Positions 1 through 8,637 of a stretch of 41,924 nt of DNA are shown one piece after another. The stretch lies in contig CAYYZT010000002.1 in assembly GCA_964476015.1 (NCBI GenBank), forward strand, positions 1 to 41,924, read 5' to 3'. The DNA comes from an uncultured Chitinophaga sp. Its GTDB lineage: Bacteria; Bacteroidota; Bacteroidia; Chitinophagales; CAIOSU01. The position numbers were made by a program, and so were the translations under genes. The notes beneath the pieces are model-generated. The model was not told where the DNA came from, made no database searches, and was given only the letters and a program-made list of their open reading frames with translations. Positions within the stretch are counted from its first letter, which is position 1. Each line of letters begins with the position of its first letter.

Positions 1-2
1 AC

Positions 3-2216
3 CGCGAACAATATAGGATTCCGGTGATTGGTATTACGGGCAGCAACGGAAAAACCATTGTAAAAGAGTGGCTGCACCAGTTGCTGGAAGTGGATTACGT
101 AATAGCCCGCAGCCCCAAGAGCTACAACAGCCAGGTAGGGGTGCCGCTCTCGGTATGGCAACTGAACGATACCCATACGTTGGGCATTTTCGAGGCGGGA
201 ATTTCAGAAGCGGCCGAAATGGAGCATCTGGAGAAGGTAATTCGTCCCGACATCGGCATCTTCACCAATATCGGCGAAGCGCACAACGAGGGCTTCCTAA
301 ATACCCGCCATAAAGTAAAGGAAAAGCTTAAGCTCTTCATCCACAGCAAAATCCTTATTTACTGTAAGGATTATCCGGAGATAACACAGGCCATTACCGA
401 AATTCGCAGCCAGTTTACCGAGGAGGAGCAGCAAGAGAAATTCCAGTTGTTTACTTGGGCGCACAAAACGGATGCCGACCTGCGCATAACCAAAGTGGAG
501 CGCAACACGGGCGAAACGCGCATAGAGGGCCTGTATAAAGGGGAGACCATCCACATTGTTACGCCCTTTATCGATATGGCCAGTATCGAAAACTCCATCC
601 ACTGCTGGGCCGCGCTGTTATACCTTAAAGTACACCAAGAGGTAATACAGGAGCGCATGCTCAAGTTGGGCAAAATAGCCATGCGCTTGGAGCTGAAGGA
701 TGCAGTGAACAACTGCTCACTCATAAACGATAGCTACAACTCCGATTTGGGATCGCTTACCATAGCACTGGATTTTTTGAACCAGCAGAAACAGCACCCC
801 AAGAAAACCCTGATACTGTCCGACATATTGCAATCGGGCAAAAACGAGATGGACCTTTACCAAGACGTGGCCACCCTCTTACAGCAAAAAAAGGTGGACC
901 GCCTGTTCGGCATCGGTCCGGCCATCAGCAGGCAGCAGAAAACCTTTGCCGCTATTCAGGATTTGGTTTCGGCCTTTTACCCCTCAACCGATGCTTTTTT
1001 GCAGCAGCTTTCAGCTATTCCTTTCGAAAACGAGACCATACTGTTAAAAGGTGCCCGCAGCTTCGAGTTTGAGAAGGTGAGCAAGCTGATGGAGCAAAAG
1101 GTACACGAAACGGTGCTGGAAATCGACTTGAACGCCCTTGCCCACAACCTACAGGTGTACCATAGCTTGCTAAGGCCGAACGTGAAGATGATGGTGATGG
1201 TAAAAGCCCTGTCGTATGGTTCGGGTAGTTTTGAGATAGCCAGTACGCTGCAATTCCATCGGGCGGATTACTTAGCGGTGGCCTATACCGATGAGGCCGT
1301 TACGCAGCGCAAGGCGGGCATTACGCTGCCTATTATGGTAATGAACCCCGAGCCGAGCAGCTTTGATGCCATTGTGCAGTACAACCTAGAGCCGGATTTG
1401 TACAACGAAGGCATCATGCAGAAGTTTAGCGACTACCTGCAAACCAGTGGCAGGGCCTTGGCCACGCCGCCGTTCCCGGTGCATGTAGAACTGGATACGG
1501 GCATGCACCGCCTGGGTTTTGGGGAGGAAGACATGCATGCCCTGTTGAAAGGTTTGAAGAAGAACCATTGGATGCACGTACAAAGCGTTTTCAGCCACTT
1601 GGCCGCCAGCGAGGATGCGGTGCATGATGGTTTTACCAAAGAGCAGATAGCCCGTTTCGAAAAAATGAGCCAAGAGGTATTGAACGCGTTGCCGTACAAA
1701 CCGTTGCGCCATATCCTCAATTCGGCGGGCATAGCACGCTTCCCCGATGCGCAGTATGATATGGTGCGGTTGGGGTTGGGTATTTATGGCATTGATACCA
1801 GCACGGCCTTGGCTGGAAAGTTACAACAGGTGGGCCGTTTGCGCACTACCATTTCGCAGATACGCAAAATTGCTGCCGGCGACACGGTGAGCTACAGTCG
1901 TACTTATACCGCCCCCAGTGAACGCCGTATTGCCACCATCGGCATTGGCTATGCCGATGGCATTGACCGCCGCCTGAGCAATGGCACGGGCAGCATGCTG
2001 GTGCAGGGCAAAATGGCCCCCATTGTTGGCCGGGTGTGCATGGATATGTGTATGCTGGACGTGACCGATATACCGGATGCTGCCGAGGGCGACGAGGTAA
2101 TCGTTTTTGGGCCGGAACTGCCCGTGCAGCAGTTGGCCGACTGGGCGGATACCATCCCTTACGAAATATTGACGGGTGTCAGCAGCAGGGTTAAAAGGGT
2201 ATTTTGGCAGGAATAG
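3..2216 (+). CDS. bifunctional UDP-N-acetylmuramoyl-tripeptide--D-alanyl-D-alanine ligase / alanine racemase (MurF-Alr fusion); 5' end lies off-window
   Basis: The frame is open from nt 3 (REQYRIPVIGITGSNGKT), so the listed Met at 24 is internal. GITGSNGKT is the Mur-ligase P-loop. The C-terminal half carries alanine racemase hallmarks: the PLP-lysine context MVMVKALSYGSG, then GIGYADG and GRVCMDMCMLDV. Confidence 0.85.
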   Translation, partial: REQYRIPVIGITGSNGKTIVKEWLHQLLEVDYVIARSPKSYNSQVGVPLSVWQLNDTHTLGIFEAGISEAAEMEHLEKVIRPDIGIFTNIGEAHNEGFLNTRHKVKEKLKLFIHSKILIYCKDYPEITQAITEIRSQFTEEEQQEKFQLFTWAHKTDADLRITKVERNTGETRIEGLYKGETIHIVTPFIDMASIENSIHCWAALLYLKVHQEVIQERMLKLGKIAMRLELKDAVNNCSLINDSYNSDLGSLTIALDFLNQQKQHPKKTLILSDILQSGKNEMDLYQDVATLLQQKKVDRLFGIGPAISRQQKTFAAIQDLVSAFYPSTDAFLQQLSAIPFENETILLKGARSFEFEKVSKLMEQKVHETVLEIDLNALAHNLQVYHSLLRPNVKMMVMVKALSYGSGSFEIASTLQFHRADYLAVAYTDEAVTQRKAGITLPIMVMNPEPSSFDAIVQYNLEPDLYNEGIMQKFSDYLQTSGRALATPPFPVHVELDTGMHRLGFGEEDMHALLKGLKKNHWMHVQSVFSHLAASEDAVHDGFTKEQIARFEKMSQEVLNALPYKPLRHILNSAGIARFPDAQYDMVRLGLGIYGIDTSTALAGKLQQVGRLRTTISQIRKIAAGDTVSYSRTYTAPSERRIATIGIGYADGIDRRLSNGTGSMLVQGKMAPIVGRVCMDMCMLDVTDIPDAAEGDEVIVFGPELPVQQLADWADTIPYEILTGVSSRVKRVFWQE

Positions 2217-2306
2217 ATGATGGTCCACGGTCGACAGTTGACGGTCCACAGTAAAATGGTTATTGGTTTGGCCAGCCTCTCTGCCGACTATGCACAGTCG
2301 ACCAAA

Positions 2307-3461
2307 CTACTCCTGCATCAATTTCCCGCTCCTGTAATATTGCTCGGAGATGATCTTACCTTTCGGGTCCCACTTGGTGGCTTTGCCGTCTTCCAGCCCG
2401 TCGGTAAAGAAACGCTCGAATTCCTTTACGCCCGTATCGTACCAGCCCGTGAACTTGCCGTGCTCCTTGCCCATTTTAAAGTTGCCTTCCGACGATTTCT
2501 GGCCATTCTCGTACCAAGAACTGGAGGTGCCATTTTCTTTGCCGTTGATATAGCTGCGCTGCCACATTTTTTGGCCGTTGCGGTACCATTGCGTTATTAC
2601 GCCCTGTTCCTTGCCATCCACGTAGTTGCCCTCAAAGCTCTTGGTGCCGTCTTCAAACCACTCTATCCAAAGCCCTTCCTTGAGGCCGTTTTTAAAGTAC
2701 ACTTCCGATACCAGCTTGCCGCTGCTATACCAAAAGGGCCATTTGCCCTCGCGCATGCCCTCTTTGTAGCGGCCCTCGGCACGCTTTTGCCCGTTGCTGT
2801 ACCAGTAGGTCCAAAAACCTTCTTTCTCGCCGCTGAGGTATTCCCCTTCCGATTCCTTTACCCCGTTGCGGTTAAAGAATACCCACACGCCTTCCTTCTT
2901 GTCGTTTTGGTGGCTGCCTTCCTGCATGAGCTGGCCGTTGCCGTACCAGCGTTTAAAAGCCCCTTCGTATTTGCCGCTTTGATGGTATGCTTCGGTGGAT
3001 ACCTCGCCCGTTTCGAACCACGTAACCGATTTGCCTTGCAAATTGCCCAAAATGTAAAACGATTCGGAGCCTTTGGTGCCGTCTTCAAACCAAAACAGGG
3101 AAACACTATCCTTTAGGCCGTGTTTGTAAAACTCCATGAATTTCATCTGGCCACCTTCGTACCACTGTAGGTCGGGTCCATGGAGGGTATCGTTCACAAA
3201 ATGGCTCTCGCGCTTTATTTGGCCGCTGGCATAGAATTCGGTTTCCTTTATTTTCTTGGCATCGTCACCCTTGCCTACGTAAGTATATACAAACGCGGGG
3301 TTGCCGTTGGAATATGCTTTGGAGATAACATCGTAAGGGGTATTGTCGTACAGGCAGCCCGGAAAGAGCAATACCAAGGCAATGCTTACCAGCACTGCCC
3401 GAAAACCGGTAGAAAGGCCCCGCAGGCCATCCATAAATTTTACCCCAAACCTAGTGTTCAT
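2307..3461 (-). CDS. MORN-variant / YwqK-like repeat lipoprotein
   Basis: About 23-aa repeats of the G-x-W-x-x-WY-x-NGQ type recur throughout (e.g. GFWTYWYSNGQK, GKWPFWYSSGKL, GVITQWYRNGQK). The N-terminus has a signal peptide with lipobox LLFPGC. The start is uncertain: in-frame Met codons end at 3527, 3476, 3461 and 3434. Confidence 0.7.
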   Translation of the reverse strand: MNTRFGVKFMDGLRGLSTGFRAVLVSIALVLLFPGCLYDNTPYDVISKAYSNGNPAFVYTYVGKGDDAKKIKETEFYASGQIKRESHFVNDTLHGPDLQWYEGGQMKFMEFYKHGLKDSVSLFWFEDGTKGSESFYILGNLQGKSVTWFETGEVSTEAYHQSGKYEGAFKRWYGNGQLMQEGSHQNDKKEGVWVFFNRNGVKESEGEYLSGEKEGFWTYWYSNGQKRAEGRYKEGMREGKWPFWYSSGKLVSEVYFKNGLKEGLWIEWFEDGTKSFEGNYVDGKEQGVITQWYRNGQKMWQRSYINGKENGTSSSWYENGQKSSEGNFKMGKEHGKFTGWYDTGVKEFERFFTDGLEDGKATKWDPKGKIISEQYYRSGKLMQE

Positions 3462-3744
3462 CAATGGGTGCTCCATAAGATGATTTCGCTGCCTGATTAC
3501 ACCCCAATATAGCCATGAATACCGCATTGGTACGCCATATTGGGCAATATAGGATTGAAAATACTAAAAAAGCAACAAATTATAGTGGACGGCCATCTGA
3601 AAAAGATAACCAGTGTGCGGTGGTCGATGGATTTGGGCGGTATGCCTATGCGGGTTTTATTAATCGGTGCTTTCGCTTTAGTTTTGCATGGATTGATTTA
3701 CAGTATTTTGAAAAGACGGTTCTTAGCCGAAAACTACTATACCT

Positions 3745-4788
3745 ATGTCAGTAAATGTTGAGTTGCTAAAGGAAATATGCGAAGTGGCCGGGGCACCGGG
3801 ATTTGAGCAGCGCATACGCCAAGTGGTGCTGCGCGAGTTGAAGAAATTGCCAGTGGAAGTATCCGTGGACAATATGGGCAACGTGGTGGCCCTGAAAAAA
3901 GGCCGTAACGATAAGAAAGTAATGGTGGCCGCCCATATGGACGAGATAGGCTTTATGGTGAGCTTTATTGACGAGGAAGGTTTCGTGCGTTTCAATACCT
4001 TGGGCGGCTTCGACCCGAAAACGCTTACTGCACAAAGGGTTATCATCCACGGCAAAAAGGATATCATTGGCGTTATGGGCTCCAAGCCCATACACGTAAT
4101 GAGCCCCGAAGAGCGCACCAAAATGCCCAAAACCACCGATTACTTTATCGACTTGGGCATGCCGAAATCGGAAGTGGAAAAGTACATCTCTATCGGCGAC
4201 CCTATTACCCGCGACCGTGAGCTGATTGAAATGGGCGAGTGCGTGAATTGCAAGAGCCTGGACAACCGCGTATCGGTTTACATTTTGCTGGAAACGCTGA
4301 AAGAGCTGGGCGATGTGCCCTACGATGTGTACGGCGTGTTTACCGTGCAAGAAGAAGTGGGCCTGCGCGGCGCGTTGGTGGCTTCGCACCATATCAGTCC
4401 CGATTTCGGCTTTGGCTTGGATACCACTATTGCATACGATGTGCCCGGTGCCCGCCCCGAAGAGAAGATTACGGAGTTGGGCAAAGGCGTGGCCATCAAA
4501 ATAATGGATACGTCATCCATTGCCGATTACCGCATGGTACGCTATATGAAGGAAGTGGCCGGCAACCACAACATTAAATGGCAGCCCGAGGTATTGACCG
4601 GCGGCGGCACCGACACGGCGGGCATGCAACACATGAGCAAGCAGGGCGTAATTGCCGGGGCGGTTTCCATCCCCACTCGCCATATACACCAAGTAATCGA
4701 GATGTCCCACAAAAACGACATCCGTGGCGGCATCGACCTACTTAAAAACTGCCTGCAAGACCTGGATAAGTTCGATTGGAGTTTTTGA
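3745..4788 (+). CDS. M42 family metallopeptidase (FrvX/CelM-like aminopeptidase)
   Basis: A 347-aa ORF with AAHMDEIGFMV, NRVSVYILLE, FTVQEEVGLRGA and a C-terminal IPTRHIHQVIE, all typical of M42 peptidases. Confidence 0.8.
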   Translation: MSVNVELLKEICEVAGAPGFEQRIRQVVLRELKKLPVEVSVDNMGNVVALKKGRNDKKVMVAAHMDEIGFMVSFIDEEGFVRFNTLGGFDPKTLTAQRVIIHGKKDIIGVMGSKPIHVMSPEERTKMPKTTDYFIDLGMPKSEVEKYISIGDPITRDRELIEMGECVNCKSLDNRVSVYILLETLKELGDVPYDVYGVFTVQEEVGLRGALVASHHISPDFGFGLDTTIAYDVPGARPEEKITELGKGVAIKIMDTSSIADYRMVRYMKEVAGNHNIKWQPEVLTGGGTDTAGMQHMSKQGVIAGAVSIPTRHIHQVIEMSHKNDIRGGIDLLKNCLQDLDKFDWSF

Positions 4789-4866
4789 TTTGGTTGATTT
4801 TGGTTAATCAGTTCATTGGTTAATCGGTTATCGGTTGATTGGTCTGTATGAACCCCAAAAACCTAT

Positions 4867-4905
4867 AAAAGCAGCAGGCCGCCCATTGGGCGGCCTGCTG
4901 CTTTT
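4867..4905. terminator. bidirectional intrinsic terminator between convergent genes
   Basis: A perfect 14-bp GC-rich stem, GCAGCAGGCCGCCC (4871-4884) pairing with GGGCGGCCTGCTGC (4888-4901), has a 3-nt loop. It is flanked by AAAA on the left and TTTT on the right. It lies between the M42 peptidase (+) and the slyD-like gene (-). Confidence 0.8.
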
Positions 4906-4947
4906 ATACTGATTAACGGATGAACCAATCAACCGATTAACAAAAAA

Positions 4948-5457
4948 TCAATGATGGTGGTGTCCGTCTGGGCCGTGAACGTGGCCGTGGGCTACTTCTT
5001 CGGCAGTGGCTTCGCGAACGCTTATTACGCCACCTTTAAAGTATAGGTCGGCACCGGCCAACGGGTGGTTAAAGTCCATAGTTACCTGCTCCAAACCAAC
5101 CTTCTCTATGCGGCCACGCAGCGGGTTGCCTTGGTGGTCTTGCATGGTAAGGTAGCGGCCCACTACCAGCAAATCATCGGGTATGCGGCCGTCTGTTTCA
5201 AAAATATTGATGGGCAACTCAATGATGGCTTCTTCTTGAACGGGGCCATACGCATTGTCGCTTTCGATGGTAAACTCGAACGACTTGCCCTCGCTCAAAC
5301 CGTGCAGGTTTTCCTCAAACTCGGGCAACAGGCCGCCCGCGCCAAACAAGAAAACGAAAGGGGCCGCGGCTTCCACTTTTTCTACCAGTGCGCCTTCCGG
5401 GTTGCCGATTTTCAGATCGTAGGTAATCCCTACAACGGTGTTGTTTGTTATTTCCAT
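4948..5457 (-). CDS. slyD: FKBP-type peptidyl-prolyl cis-trans isomerase, SlyD-like
   Basis: The gene starts at MEITNNTVVGITYDL (internal Met of the 190-aa ORF; CAT at 5455-5457). It has an FKBP fold with an insert-in-flap region and a His-rich tail, HGHVHGPDGHHHH. Confidence 0.75.
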   Translation of the reverse strand: MEITNNTVVGITYDLKIGNPEGALVEKVEAAAPFVFLFGAGGLLPEFEENLHGLSEGKSFEFTIESDNAYGPVQEEAIIELPINIFETDGRIPDDLLVVGRYLTMQDHQGNPLRGRIEKVGLEQVTMDFNHPLAGADLYFKGGVISVREATAEEVAHGHVHGPDGHHHH

Positions 5458-5653
5458 AGTACTTTTTTGTACGCCTTTATTGCAGCGTTTTTTACATAAT
5501 AGGTTTTCAAAGGTAAGCAATTAATTGTGGCGAAGGCAGTACCTGCCCGCATGGCCACAAGTGCTTCGTTATCAAAAAGAATGCCTTGTGCAACGCAAAC
5601 CGCCAAATTGGCGTTATTTGGAAAGCAGCCTTGGAATCTTATATCTTTATGTC

Positions 5654-5830
5654 ATGAAACGCAGCATCCTTTTACTTTGCCTAGCGGGCGTGCTTGCCCT
5701 AGGCTCCTGCCACAAGAGCACTTGCCCCACTTATGATACCGGTGGCGATGGCGGCACCAAGGGCGGCAGCAAAACCAAATCGGGCCTATACCCTAAAAAG
5801 GTGCAGAAACAATTGGAGAAGAAGAAATAG
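5654..5830 (+). CDS. small lipoprotein (58 aa), function unknown
   Basis: An ATG at 5654 gives MKRSILLLCLAGVLALGSC, a signal peptide plus lipobox. A Gly/Lys-rich tail follows. The upstream part of ORF 5525-5830 has no coding character. Confidence 0.5.
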   Translation: MKRSILLLCLAGVLALGSCHKSTCPTYDTGGDGGTKGGSKTKSGLYPKKVQKQLEKKK

Positions 5831-5866
5831 TCTAGTCTTAAGCCATGGCAAATATGAAATGACAGA

Positions 5867-5919
5867 TGATAAAGGATAATCAAAGATAGCAGACTTGACC
5901 TTTTGATTATCCTTTATCA
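5867..5919. repeat. 18-bp perfect inverted repeat (AT-rich hairpin) between the lipoprotein gene and mnmE
   Basis: TGATAAAGGATAATCAAA (5867-5884) is the exact reverse complement of TTTGATTATCCTTTATCA (5902-5919), with a loop of about 17 nt. No T-tract follows. Confidence 0.6.
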
Positions 5920-5995
5920 GGGCGTAACTTGCATAAGTTTAAGAAACGACAATGCTTTTGAAGTTTTTCATCTATCATTTTTCATCTGCCATCTA

Positions 5996-7345
5996 ATGGA
6001 TACCATAGTAGCCCTCTCCACCCCCCAAGGCACCGGTGCCATCGGCGTTATCCGGCTCTCCGGCCCCGATGCCATTACCATAGCCCACAAGGCATTCAAG
6101 GGTAAGGATTTAACGCTACAACCCGCCAATACACTGCATTTCGGTAGCATCGTTCGCAACGGGTTGGTTCTGGATGAGGTAGTCGTGGCCCTGTTCCGCG
6201 CCCCGCACTCCTATACCAAGGAGGACGTGGCCGAAATCTCGTGCCACGGCTCGCCCTACATCCTCCAACAAGTGTTGGAACTGTTGATAGAGCTCGGTTC
6301 CCGTCCCGCCAAGCCCGGCGAATTTACCCTGCGTGCCTTTATCAATGGCCGTATGGACCTAAGCCAAGCCGAAGCCGTGGCCGACCTAATCGCCTCACAG
6401 TCAGCCGCTTCGCACCGTCTAGCTATGCAACAGATGCGGGGCGGGTTCAGCAACCGCATCAAAGACCTCAGAACCAAGCTCATACACTTTGCCAGTATGA
6501 TTGAACTGGAACTGGACTTTGGGGAGGAAGACGTGGAATTTGCCGACCGAAACGACCTTCGGGTGTTGGTGGCTGAGCTTCAGGAGATTATAGGCAAGCT
6601 TATTCGTTCTTTCCAACTGGGCAATGTGCTTAAAAGTGGCGTGAGCACGGTGATTGCGGGCCGCCCAAATTCGGGGAAGAGCACGCTTTTAAACCGCCTT
6701 CTCCAAGAAGAAAGGGCCATAGTAAGCGATATACCCGGCACAACAAGAGACACCATTGAAGAAGCTGTAACCATTGCTGGCATTACGTTTCGACTGATTG
6801 ATACCGCTGGCATACGAGAGGCTACCGATGCCATTGAACGGATAGGGGTGGAACGTACTTTCCAAAAGATAAGCCAAAGTGCATTGGTGGTGTATTTGTT
6901 TGATGCTACCACGCTCACTATCAAAGAATTGCAACACGATTTGGCACGGTTGGGAAGTACCGTTCCGGTGCTGGTAGTGGGCAATAAGCTCGACACCATG
7001 GCTGAAAATGCTTTGCAACAATTTGACAACCAACAAATTATATTTATTTCCGCCGCTACTGGGGAGGGCATTGCCGAACTGGAAAACGCCTTAGTGCAAG
7101 CCATTGGCGCACAGGGCCTTACGGAAGAAGATACCATAGTATCCAACGCACGGCACTATAATGGACTATTAGCTACGCAAACCGCCCTGAACGCAGTGCT
7201 GCAAGGCATCGAAACCCGCATCAGTAGCGACTTTCTGGCCCTTGACATCCGCCGCGCCCTGCACCATTTGGGCGAGATAACGGGCGAAATAACCACTGAT
7301 GATTTGTTGGATAATATATTTAGTAAATTTTGTATCGGGAAGTGA
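5996..7345 (+). CDS. mnmE: tRNA modification GTPase MnmE (TrmE/ThdF)
   Basis: The gene starts at MDTIVALSTPQGTGAIGVIRLSG (ATG 5996). It has a G domain (GRPNSGKSTLLN, DTAGIR, GNKLD) and the invariant C-terminal FCIGK motif before the stop at 7343-7345. Confidence 0.92.
   Translation: MDTIVALSTPQGTGAIGVIRLSGPDAITIAHKAFKGKDLTLQPANTLHFGSIVRNGLVLDEVVVALFRAPHSYTKEDVAEISCHGSPYILQQVLELLIELGSRPAKPGEFTLRAFINGRMDLSQAEAVADLIASQSAASHRLAMQQMRGGFSNRIKDLRTKLIHFASMIELELDFGEEDVEFADRNDLRVLVAELQEIIGKLIRSFQLGNVLKSGVSTVIAGRPNSGKSTLLNRLLQEERAIVSDIPGTTRDTIEEAVTIAGITFRLIDTAGIREATDAIERIGVERTFQKISQSALVVYLFDATTLTIKELQHDLARLGSTVPVLVVGNKLDTMAENALQQFDNQQIIFISAATGEGIAELENALVQAIGAQGLTEEDTIVSNARHYNGLLATQTALNAVLQGIETRISSDFLALDIRRALHHLGEITGEITTDDLLDNIFSKFCIGK
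7328..7345 (+). repeat. attL core (last 6 codons of mnmE: TTTTGTATCGGGAAGTGA)
   Basis: The first 11 nt are identical to 23337-23347, and 14/18 positions match overall. Both copies translate to F-C-I-G-K-stop. Confidence 0.75.
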
Positions 7346-7439
7346 ATAATGAAAATAACATCCAATCAAAGGAAACAAAACACCTACAAATACAACATTT
7401 TAGATTCCCACTATTGTCTTTCATTTTTCCGATGGTTTC

Positions 7440-7507
7440 TTATTTTTTACACTTTTTTGCTTTATTTTTACACTAAATGGTTATTGAAGGTGTAAAAAGG
7501 TGTAAAA
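7440..7507 (+). promoter_or_regulatory. integrase-proximal repeat cluster (candidate arm-type sites or int operator)
   Basis: TTTTACAC occurs at 7445-7452 and 7466-7473. Its inverse GTGTAAAA occurs at 7490-7497 and 7500-7507, and the last copy overlaps the int ATG. The stretch 7440-7477 is repeated imperfectly at 23264-23300. Confidence 0.45.
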
Positions 7508-8637
7508 TGAAAGTCAAATTGATTAACAGAAAAACTAACAAAGGCGATAAAGCACCCTTTGTTTTAGAGGTCTATAAGGGCTATTCAAAAACAGACACGG
7601 GAAAGATTAAGCACAATCGTCAATTTGAAACCCTAGACTACTATCTATATAAGAACCCCACTACCCCACACCAGAAGCAGCATAATAAGGAGCATAAGAA
7701 GTTAGCGGAGGCGGTAAAGGCAAAAGTGGAATTGGAATTAGTAAACGGAACCTATGGATTTAGGTCTTCTCATAAGTCTAAACTTAGCTTGATTGAATAC
7801 TTCAAGAATCTAAGAGACGAAAGGAAGAAGAGCAAAAACAACTGGGATAACTGGCAGGGTACTTTCAAGCACCTACAGCAATATTGTTCAAGCCATGTTA
7901 CTTTGAATGACATAGATGTTGATTTTGTGGCCGGATTCAAAAGTTACTTAGATGAAACTGCTGTAAGGTCTTCTGGAGAACCTTTATCTCAAAACACAAA
8001 GTATTCTTATTTCAACAAGTTTAGAAAGTGCATAAATCAAGCGTTTGAGGATGGATTGATTACCGAAAACCCTTCAAAAAGAGTGAAAGCCTTTCGCATG
8101 GGCGAGCCTGACAGAGAATACTTGACTTTAGAAGAAGTTAAGTCCGTTTTTAAAGCAGAGTGTAGATATGATGTCCTAAAGAGAGCGTTTTTGTTTTCGT
8201 GCCTTACCGGAGTGCGTTGGAGCGATATTTATAAAATGACATGGAAGGAAATAAGGGAACAGGTAGGCTATTGGGAGTTTGCCTTTACCCAACAAAAAAC
8301 TAAAGGTGTCGAATATCAACCGATTAACGAAGAGGCTTTTAAGTTACTAGGAGCACCTAGGGGAGCAGATGAAAGGGTTTTTGCTGGACTTAAATATTCG
8401 TCATATACCAATGTAGCTATTAAAGATTGGATGTTAAAGGCTGGCATTACTAAACACATAACATTTCATTGTGCAAGGCATACCTATGCGATACTCCAAC
8501 TTGGAAGCGGTACGGATATATATACAGTATCTAAGCTACTGGGACATCGAGAGCTTAAAACCACTCAGATTTATGCTAAAGTTATGGATGATGCCAAAGT
8601 GAGTGCTGCTATTAATCTACCTAAAATAGGCATGTAA
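7507..8637 (+). CDS. site-specific tyrosine recombinase (phage integrase family, Bacteroidota type)
   Basis: The gene starts at MKVKLINRK (ATG 7507; the listed 7477 start is upstream and in frame). The C-terminal catalytic region has TGVRWSDI (Arg), HCARHTYA (H-x-x-R) and LLGHRELKTTQIYAKV (His and Tyr). The N-terminus resembles an arm-binding plus SAM-like domain. Confidence 0.88.
   Translation: MKVKLINRKTNKGDKAPFVLEVYKGYSKTDTGKIKHNRQFETLDYYLYKNPTTPHQKQHNKEHKKLAEAVKAKVELELVNGTYGFRSSHKSKLSLIEYFKNLRDERKKSKNNWDNWQGTFKHLQQYCSSHVTLNDIDVDFVAGFKSYLDETAVRSSGEPLSQNTKYSYFNKFRKCINQAFEDGLITENPSKRVKAFRMGEPDREYLTLEEVKSVFKAECRYDVLKRAFLFSCLTGVRWSDIYKMTWKEIREQVGYWEFAFTQQKTKGVEYQPINEEAFKLLGAPRGADERVFAGLKYSSYTNVAIKDWMLKAGITKHITFHCARHTYAILQLGSGTDIYTVSKLLGHRELKTTQIYAKVMDDAKVSAAINLPKIGM

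Noticed and set aside
3-2216. MurF-alanine racemase fusion as a novelty
   Set aside because: To my knowledge this bifunctional arrangement is the normal annotated state in many Bacteroidota. It is useful as a taxonomic hint but is not unusual.
2217-3116. 299-aa ORF on the + strand overlapping the YwqK-like gene
   Set aside because: It lies entirely antisense to a gene with clear repeat-domain signatures. The translation is low-complexity (A/L/V/F/P rich) with no motifs. It is a typical shadow ORF of GC-rich coding DNA.
7346-7480. Expected a tRNA gene at the island junction
   Set aside because: I found no cloverleaf-compatible sequence or T-loop (GTTCGAATC-like) motif at either border. The duplicated sequence is instead the coding 3' end of mnmE.
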